A stretch of DNA of 64,000 nt from the NCBI GenBank assembly GCA_036172245.1, contig JAYWIR010000042.1, forward strand, positions 992,001 through 1,056,000. The letters run 5' to 3'. Of this stretch, positions 55,101-64,000 are shown piece after piece. How positions within the stretch are numbered: the first letter of the stretch is position 1; each line of letters starts with the position of its first letter. This DNA comes from Raillietiella orientalis (taxonomy: Eukaryota). Below the pieces are notes generated by a model that made no database searches, was not told where the DNA came from, and was given only the letters and a program-made list of their open reading frames with translations. A program made the translations under genes and the position numbers.

Positions 55101-57179
55101 AGTGTAGTTGCAAAAACCAGTCCAGTCAGCATCATACGTATTTATAAAATGCTGTCGTGAAATCATAGAAGCGCAATGAGAGCACATCCGAGAGCAGCGT
55201 GCATCATACAAGCAGTGCATGCTGCATATCACCTGTTGCTGTCTGGAGTGTACCAGTTGCTTGCTGTAAAACCCATGTAGATAAAGAGTGCCAGAGCATT
55301 CGATCGTATGGTGGTTTTTGTGTTAAGGGCCCTGAAATTCTTACCGAGGCTGATAGAATATTTAGAAAAGAAGCGATGAGCCAGAGGAGTAGGTGAGAAT
55401 CGAGGACAAAATTGAAACTCTAGTGGTGAATCGGACGTAATCCGGTCCCACTGCAAGAAAGAGAAAAGGGGGAGCAAAGGTTCTTTCGACGGCCTCTTGA
55501 CAAATAAGTGGCATATTGGTCCAAGCAAAATTCAGTTACCGGTAGGGAAATCTATTGGCTGTTTCGACCAGAGAGAGAAATAGGAGAAATAGGATAACGG
55601 AAATTGCTACCAGAGGATATCCAAATCGTTTGGATGCTCGAATCCGAATTGTGGAAGATGAGAAAACCCCGTTGCAAGAAATTCATCAACACGTGTTCCG
55701 ATAACAGTAATGATGTGGTGGTCCAAAACCATTGCCGTTACGTGCGAGAGGTAGGTTTACTCCCCTCTTAATTGGTGACTATAGAAAGGCAACGAATAGA
55801 ACACCGAGGAATTTCTGACACTTTAGAAAGTCTGAAACACAAAATGCGTTTCTGAAACGGACACCAGTTTTCTTTTGGAACAACTGCAGACCGGAATCGA
55901 ACTTTTAAAAATCTAAGTAACGGAAGAAAAAGGCATTTGACGGTGTTGATGAAGCTCAAGGATATATTATCACAACTGAATTCGTAATCATTTAGCACAG
56001 GATCACCTACCAAATAACTTAGTTCAACGACAACGAAAAGATCATTTCTTTTCTCTACCCGATGATGTCCTCATACAGTAATCATGACGTGAAAAATGGA
56101 ACAAATTTTCCGGATAGTCCCATCTTATTTTACAGTTCAGTCCCATTGGCCTTTCATTAACTTAGGAAAACTCGTTTTTCTGATGGGAAGGAATAATCTA
56201 TGGGCAGCAGAATTCTAGATGTACAGCAATTTATGATAGTGTTTCGTTTGCATCCTTGGAAATTACATTGAGTACTTGATAGCGTATATGTCTCCTTGGA
56301 CAAATTTCGATTGCAATATAGTTTCCTCATCGTACTGTTAAAAATCTCCTTGTCGAACAACGCCTGTATTTATCCTGAAGGCACGAGCAGTTCAGTATTA
56401 AACTTGCAGAATTACTTGTTGCATAAATTATGAATTCTGGACCTCACCTTTAGCGAATAAGACGGCTGTTGTTCTCTATGTCATAAAATGTTTGCTAAAG
56501 AAAATGTGTAGGCTTGCCGTGAAACGAATTCATATTTCGAAACCATGACCCTGGTTTTCTAGGAGGGGAGGGAAGGGTTCAGTAAATTTACTTGCGTCCC
56601 CTGCTAAAAAGCGGAAGCCGTTGGTCATACAACGCTCCGTCGAACTTTCGTCATTTCGGAGCTGACAACCACCAGAAAGAAATGTTATTGGATTAAACAA
56701 CGTATGCTCATTATGTGTTATATCTTATCCATATGTGAAACAGTCAATAAAAATTACATGTGAACCCTCTTTGATTATGCGATGCGAAGATGTCGACATG
56801 AAAATGCTTTTTCACTACGAGCGGCTTTCCTGCAACCATTTTCGCCGACGCCAAAAGCATCAGAAAATGGAAGGACTGCAAACCTAAGAGCGGAACTTCA
56901 TCGAAAAATGCACCGGAACTGAAAGGCTTCATTCATTGATTTATTGATCTACTTCATACTGGATTTGCAGTGATCTAAGGAATACTTCACGATTACGACA
57001 TGGACTGGCAGTCAGTAATTAAAACAAATGAGTCACTGACGTTTGCATCAAACGGCCAGCACTGCCGTCAGTCCCGCCCAAGAACCGAGCAGGTTTTATC
57101 TCTTCTTATTTCCCAAAACGCTTCTTTCGTTTAGTATGGAATGTTAACCATCGCTGGTTCGTAAGCACTTAGATTAAGT

Positions 57180-59300
57180 GCTTACGGAGAATTCATTTCG
57201 GCATCCGAATCCATCACCCGCCTACTTTCACTTGCTCACTAAGAAGACCAGAACACCGCAGAAACCAGAATGCGATCCGGGCCTGTGCTTGGCTGCAAAA
57301 AGACATAACGAAGTTCTCAACAGCGATCTCGGGTTTCCATGGGAGGACGGAAACAGAGGAAGATGGCATTTCATCTGCTGTTTAGTGACCGTTCTAGAAA
57401 AGATCTAGAAAAGTCTTTGGTGCTTGTTTGTGAGCATGAGAAATCCATGAGTTGTTTCTATAGACACGGTGTGTTTCCTGATCCTTCCTTCTTTCTCAAG
57501 ATCATGAGCACAGGCATTCCTTGAACACCTTTGCTTTGCGCAAAACCGACACTACTCTTACATTAAAGGTGACCTGGTTGAAGACCTTCAGTTATCACGA
57601 TAGGGTCTCTGATGAAGCTTCAAAAGAGTATGCCATCTCATGTTCTCCGAGTATTTTTCCAATTTACTGCCTGAGTTTCATTTGCACATTCCCATTATTT
57701 ATGTTCAGACTCATGCAAGTCGTTCTATGCATTTACATTGGAGTACCTATGATGCAATCGAACTCTACATCATCCATTATTTAAACCTTGCTATAGTGAA
57801 ATTCTGGTCTCACTTTTTTCCTTCCGACCTTCTCCAGTGACCACCTAGCATATGTTTCTTTTCAAATACCTCACCTGAAATGAAATTACTGTATGAACCT
57901 GGAAAAACAGAAAACGTGGTCAGTGACTATTTACTACGAGCCAGCTCTTCCTGGTAATCGAAGGAAGTGTAAACCGAAGGAAAAAAACCAAAGTAAACTT
58001 TCCTGAACCCAGACTTCCCTTTTTTTTTTTTTTTTTTTTTTTTTTAGATTGAGCAAAGTAAAGAAATATACGTATCGAGTCTTTGAATTGGATTTAGGCT
58101 CCATTTCCCTCCTCTTCCCGCTATCTCATTACATTGATGGAATTAGTTGCGAACATTTGTTTTCATGGAAACGAAGATTGCATTCGTCTGCGAAATATCT
58201 GAATCCCGAATCTTCTCCCAAGGAGTCTTCCTGCCAGCAGAAACATCCTTCAGATGTATGGGATACCAATTTTATAGCATGTAATGAATAATAAAGGAAG
58301 GAAACCTCAAGTATGGCACTCTAATCAATCGTCAACAGCAACAAGCACGCATTTCAACACTCACTCAAATCTTCTTTAGAACACCGTAACAAATTAAAGA
58401 CTTTCAACTCTTCCAACTCTTTAAGCGAGACTGAAAGATATCTGTATCCTCCTCACCTTTCCTTTTAAAGTATTCCCTGTATGTACGTGTATGCGCCAAT
58501 TTCTAAAAGGGATGATTGATTCTAATGAAATCCTCGTGAAGACTTGAAAAAAAATGTTTCCGAGAGCGGCCTTCCGTGGTCCGCTTCTGGTCACGTTAGT
58601 CGCAGAGAGAAAGTGGAAAGATCTAAGCACTGCAAATGTTGTTTAAGATCGTCCTCATCTGCAAACATATTGAACCATGCAACGCACATCTTCCTATCTT
58701 TCCTTCTGCCTTTATTGGACCTCCGATATCAACCACGTATGAACGAATTCCAAACGGGTTACACGTTCGCCATTTCCCATCAATCCCGTTCATTTCTTAT
58801 TGCGCAAGTGATCGCAGAACATGCTCTTACAAATCTGCTAATCATTTCTCCAGATCATTCTGTGGTTCATTCCGATCATGCGTTTCACTTTGTGGCTGAA
58901 GCAAGTTGTTCACAGAATTGGCAGACTGGACGATGTTGGTTCCAGCTGCGTCAGAAAACGTGGATGTACCGAAAATTCTACCCTAAATATCCCGAATCAT
59001 GAAAACAAGCAAACTGTGGATGACCGTAAGTCAAGCATGAAGCATCGACGGTTGAACGAATAGGAGATCCGTTCTGTGGTTCCATTCTGTGGTTGTTGCA
59101 TCAAGAGGAAAAGCTTCCTCGTTTTGAAGATCTCTAGGAAGTGCAGGTTCATTCCTACCATTCGCCAAAGTATCATGAGAAAACCTGGAAACCAATTTCA
59201 AGAATCTTCCCACAAGTGCGCGATAAATTTTTTTACAAATAAATATACAGAGAGCTTTCACACATCACTCTTTTCTACGTGTCACTTCGTGCAACGCTCT
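57180..59300 (+). mobile_element. Degenerate Ty3/gypsy pol (RT, RNase H, integrase)
   Basis: HGVFPDP (RT end), IYVQTHAS (TDAS), LLYEPGKTENVVSDYLLR (Y.PGK.N.VAD.LSR, ~57885-57940), FIGPP and VVHSDHAFHF (integrase SDQG..F), in gypsy domain order. No LTRs found. Confidence 0.8.
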
Positions 59301-61868
59301 CGAAGGCGAACGATTCGAAATAAAGTCACCTCATGAAAATGGAATGGGAAGAGAATGATGCTTCCCGATTGTACCATTTTTTTTTTCTTTCCTTATGAGT
59401 TCAACTTTCATGAGCAGGCGAGAAATTTGGAGTGGTCTTTGCTTAGGGTGTTGGCTGCGTGGTTGCTTTAGTCATCTGCCGAATGCTCCTTTCCAGTAGA
59501 CCAAGTTTGTGTCCTCCTTCCGGAATTAAGAACACTTTGTTCTTCCGATGGTGTTAATGTTTGGAGATTCAAAGATTGCAATCTTTTGCTTTTTGTTTGA
59601 AGGACAAAGAACGTAGCTGGTGTCCTAGCGGAATCCTAGTTTTGCTTCGGCCGTACATTCTATCGTTTGCCCGGTGCTGCATGCCATCAGGATGGAGGCA
59701 AAAGCTTTCTTTGCATTTCGCATCAGCACAAGTAAGTGCAAGGGGTCACAAGAAAGATTCGGCAAAGAAAGCAGTGGATTGCGCGATACTTACCTTGGAA
59801 GGGATCTGAGCAACTCTAAAACAAATTCTGCATCAAAAGATGACCGGCAGTCTGCATACGTTGGAAACGTTAAGTAGTCTTCTTGCATACTCGATGCGTT
59901 GTTGAATGGATGCTGCAGAAATATCCTTGACGAAAAGACTCACGCGCTCGAATGCCTTTGTTTGCATAGAATACCATGGCGCCCCCCTTTATTTTTAAAA
60001 AGGGACTTTTGTAGGCACAGCGTTACTTCAGGATAGTAACTTGCCTCATTTTTTTTTTTTCCAAGTCTTTTCCGGAAGACCGGTCACGTGAAAGAACACG
60101 AACCAAAATGGATGATCACGGAAGCCATGCTTGTCGAAACCGGAACAGACGTTCTCTGGACGTTCTGTGTCGAAATGAATGTCATATTGAAGGGAATGGA
60201 ATTTTCACGAAAGAATACAGGAAATGGAAATGGAAACCAAAAATGAAAATAAACGAGTTGAAGTTTACGCAGAAGGCTAATCTTCAAATTGTTCTGCTGA
60301 TTAGTGCAGCTTCGTAAACTTCAAAATGGTTAAATACATCTCTTGATAGACAGTATGTTCAAACTTTCTGTCGTTAGTCTCTTGCAACGTCCTGCCTCCA
60401 ACACTCATTTGCAGTTTTAAGGAATTCCAACTAGCGACCAACAGCCGTATTGAATCGTCCAGGCCCTCAAGCCGGAATCCTACAAGTCGCATTTTCACGT
60501 TTCTTGGACTAGGAGACGTTGAGTTTTCGAGCCAATGGCCAGTTTCCGCACGCTTGCCTCCTGGGGATTAGTCACCTATGATCCTCCCTTCCATCCTTGA
60601 GATTTTCCTTGAGTTTTTTTTTTTTTTTCTTACACGTTTTGCTGAGAAATCCGATCTGAGCAATCACTGAATCGTCTTGGCGTGCCAATACGTAAATACA
60701 ACTCGTTTCCAGTTCGATGGGGCTCAAGGCTGAATTTCGGATTTTGTGCGACGCTTGAATTTTTCCTTTGCTATCTTTTGAAAACTCTGAATTGAATTAG
60801 TCGAAGACAGCTTTCTGTTCGAAGCCTGCTCGCATCTGCTCTGCCGAAGTCTGGGTCCAGAGATCGACAAAGAACACGGGTCGTTTGCAGCCTGAAAGGC
60901 ATCGACTGGGTACTAATTTCCGGAAGCAGAACTTAAATGAGCTTTCCTGGTAGTCTGTGGTCACATGTCTGAGGGTGAGCCATGAGAAAGACTGTTCTTA
61001 TAGATAGTGAAAGCTCCACAAATCACAGATGGAGAACTCCATCCATTTTCCCATTTATGATCTTCGTCGTCACTACCGGAATGTGTCGTCTTCTTTTTTT
61101 TTTCCTTTCTCGCCGCCCCAGTAAAGAACCGCTGAATTCTTCGAGGTTGCGCCGCGCGTGCTCGGTAGCCCGATGTGCTCGTATGAATTTCCAGAAAACG
61201 ACTCTTGGAGTCTTCTCTGGTGAATCTCCGACGAACGATTGAAGTGCATCACTACACGAGTGCGAACTCATTGCGGGCAGTGATGCATTCTGGTTTCCAT
61301 CTTTAGAACCGTCGAGAAGACGTGTCGAATCGAAAGATCGGGAGGGCAAAGGGGATAAGGACAGAACAGTCCTGGCGATCGATAATTTTCGAATGAATAG
61401 AGTCTTCCCGGTCGGTAAATCACAGAGCAAACCTGTTTTCTTCTCCATTAGTTTGCATAGCCACCGTCTCAGTCCTGGTTGCTCTGTCATCCAATCTAGC
61501 AATTAGTAAGAGCAGAATCTGAGAAGCCCATAAAGATGCCATTCCGGTCTTCATTACAAGGAGCATGCCTTATAAATTGATCATCTCATAGTACGAACGC
61601 TTTCCTGAAGCTACGAAAACTAATTTCCTCGACGACTGGAATTCGTTAAAAGTAGTCGCTCGTCTGCTAGCTCATACACACACGTAAGAAGAAGAAAGGG
61701 GGGGAAGTAGATTCTGTAGTCCCTCGTATTGTATAACTGATGAGTATGAAATCCCGGAGAGCTCAAGAATTATGGGGCAATGTTCTTACCATTTCGAATG
61801 TCGGAAGCGGAATTTCGAAGGAACTGTGGAGTTCCATAATCGAAAGCAAATTGCATGATCGATAAGGA

Positions 61869-62600
61869 GTGGCCGCAGCAAAAGTGAGTGCGAGCGACCT
61901 GGGCGGGGGCACTGCGATTCATTGCAGGATTTCAAGTCGGAATTCGAAGGGAGAAAGCGTCATTCATTCATTCATCATGCCGACTGATGAGCTCCCGATG
62001 CCACTTGTGGGGAAAAAGAGGGCATCCTTTCACATTTCGTGTATCACCACCACACTTACATCTCCTTGCACACACCGAAGTGCACGTCTCGGAGCCAGGA
62101 AAAAGGAGCCTCGCGAACAATTTCCGAAAAGGAAACCATCAAAGAAAAGTCGAAGAAGGGATGTTCGGAAAGAAGCAGGGGGTAGCGACCCGGTTTCGAC
62201 TTCTGGACAAAAGAGAAACCCCACGACCCCTCACTCAGATTCCTATAAGGAAATCCTGTTTCCAAATTTTGGGTATTTCTCCCAGAATGCTGTTCATCTG
62301 ATCTGGATGAAGCAGCTCATTGACAAAGCATAAATTCACGACGATGGCCCAAAATGTAAAATTCTGAAAGCGCGAATGAGGGTGGGATTTCCGATTTTAG
62401 CATTTCGATTTTCTCTCTCTCTTTCTCCATCAATGGATTGTACGTGCATAAAGGGATGGATTTTGAAACCATTAAAAACATTTTATGAACATTCGTTTCA
62501 TTATAATTACTTTCAGCGTGTTTTGGTTTCTGCGCATCCTTCTGCTCGTTATTCTTCATCAGGGATGACACACCAGGCATTTGTTGCAGGAAAATCTGCC
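61869..62600 (+). mobile_element. Degenerate APE endonuclease of a non-LTR element
   Basis: GGGTAIH (GGGVAI-like) followed by FHISCI (..CY.PP-like) at the expected spacing. Confidence 0.35.
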
Positions 62601-62759
62601 ATGACTCTTGAAAAATCTGCTCACCATTTGCAAGATTGGCATTATGACGCTGAGATGGCACGTCTGAAAGAACCCAAGGTGATGGAATTCAATTTGCAAC
62701 AACCTGTGCGTTGGCCGGCCGAATGCCAGGTAACCCAAATTAAATTACATAACTGAAGT

Positions 62760-63650
62760 CGAAGTCGCTTTACGATTTAGTGCTTGATAGAAGAAGTATC
62801 GCATCTGGATTCTTCTCCTGAGAAAGGAGAACCCTTTTACGAAGCCAACGGAGATGAACTACAGGAAATGCCAAGAGGAGAAACGCATGGCACTGTCATA
62901 TACGATTACAAGCTCACGCCTGCTGTGAACTACGTAAGAACTGATTTTGGGGGAAATGTTTATTTCAAGCAGGGCAGCCCCTTTTGGGGTGGCTTCTCCT
63001 AAATATCGAGCGCGCAAAATTTGTTTCGCAACATGACTGTGGTCCAGAAACCGAGAGATAGTTGCTCTTTGCTACCATTTCCGCGATATTCCCACCGAGA
63101 AGGGACAAATTTCTGTACGTTGAATTCAGATCAAGGAGCTCATAAAAGCTACGAAAACTCCTAAGAGAACGCTCAATTGAGACAGTCTGCAGGAAATTTT
63201 CGCTTTCCATTCCATCTCTTTCTCACCTCTGAAACGTACCTCTCGCTACTATGGAACAGGGAAGGTGGTGTTGCAATAAGGTGATGAGGGTGGATTTTTT
63301 TGAACCGAACATCTCTCAAGAAGTGAAAACTCGGGAAACTCAATGATTTCTGAATATTTTACAAAAACATTTCACACATTCTCTGCAAAACAAAAAAAAA
63401 CTTCCTTTTGAGATGCAGTTATTTCATGGATGAACCGAACTTTCTATTTCGAGATCAGAACTCGCCTAAAGGGAGTGATGTAAGGTTTTTGCATCCGTAT
63501 CTTGATCCTTCTTCCCGGGTGCATCCACCATTACGCACTGGATGTGATCAGGACTACTTCAGTGAACAGCCCGCGAAATCCTTAGTGCTCGATAACTCAA
63601 AGATATCCTAGGAAAACGCATGACATAAAGGATCCTCGCTGAGATCTACA
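62760..63650 (+). mobile_element. Penelope-like element RT remnant
   Basis: NYVRTDFGGNVYFKQGSPFWGGFS (NYF.F.G..Y.Q..G.PMGS.S-like), then FPFHLFLTSE (HP.L.FT.E) and VDFLN (PFLD) in PLE order. Confidence 0.55.
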
Positions 63651-63695
63651 TTTCTTCTGAAGCGATGACACCATAATGATGATGCTTGGTAGTGC

Positions 63696-63727
<32 letters not shown>

Positions 63728-64000
63728 CTTTACCGGGACACCCTCAGGTCACGGAAAGAAACAGAGCTTCAACACTGTTCTTTCTGTTCACAATGTGCGC
63801 ATCTGTACACGAGTTCACGAAGGGCTTAGAAGTGCCTCTGCACATTCCTTTCCCTTTTCTTCCTTCCATGTTTATTCTAGGAATCAAAAAGGCAAGAACC
63901 ACCTACACCAAAAATTTCCAAATTGCTCAAATCATTTGCCGATATCTGTTTTTGAATGAATCCGCGTCAGATCTCATGGTTTCTTTAGAGCTCTGAAGAT

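Noticed and set aside
56744..56932. DIRS-like VDIFAS motif on the minus strand
   Set aside because: Single short motif with no supporting neighbouring domains.
58020..58046. Long homopolymers (also ~1968, ~31180, ~63700) as terminators or retrocopy tails
   Set aside because: Such runs are scattered throughout the window with no consistent context; slippage expansion is sufficient.
59786..59805. U1 snRNA 5' end-like ATACTTACCT
   Set aside because: Only 10 nt match; downstream U1 stems and Sm site are absent.
61737..61790. Hammerhead-like core CTGATGAG..GAAA upstream of the Penelope-like remnant
   Set aside because: No stem III/UH cleavage triplet can be built; the same holds for the cores at ~7071 (+) and ~7860-7882 (-).

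Overview
Eukaryotic (animal, arthropod-like) genomic DNA. A compact AT-rich two-gene island at ~31.7-36.7 kb sits inside a graveyard of heavily decayed transposons. The island holds a 15-exon NEDD4-family E3 ligase (C2-WWx3-HECT, + strand, 31722-36015) and a convergent 5-formyltetrahydrofolate cyclo-ligase (MTHFS, - strand). Their stop codons are only 22 nt apart and most introns are 39-73 nt. The flanks contain remnants of L1/Tx1-like, I/Jockey/CR1-like and RLE-type non-LTR elements, a Ty3/gypsy pol and a Penelope-like RT. Most long ORFs in the track are GC-rich noise over these remnants. Main structures: (1) a NeSL/Utopia-type RLE retrotransposon 3' end joined directly to a U2 snRNA copy that starts at the known Utopia/Keno target site (41200-42152); (2) a near-perfect 1886-bp inverted duplication (3256-5141 / 9421-11306) with a short palindrome at its inner breakpoint; (3) an array of five related stem-loops in a Tx1-like 3' UTR (28266-28497); (4) stacked AATAAATG-terminated retroelement 3' ends. 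All family calls come from motif recognition by eye; no searches were run. TE boundaries are approximate.
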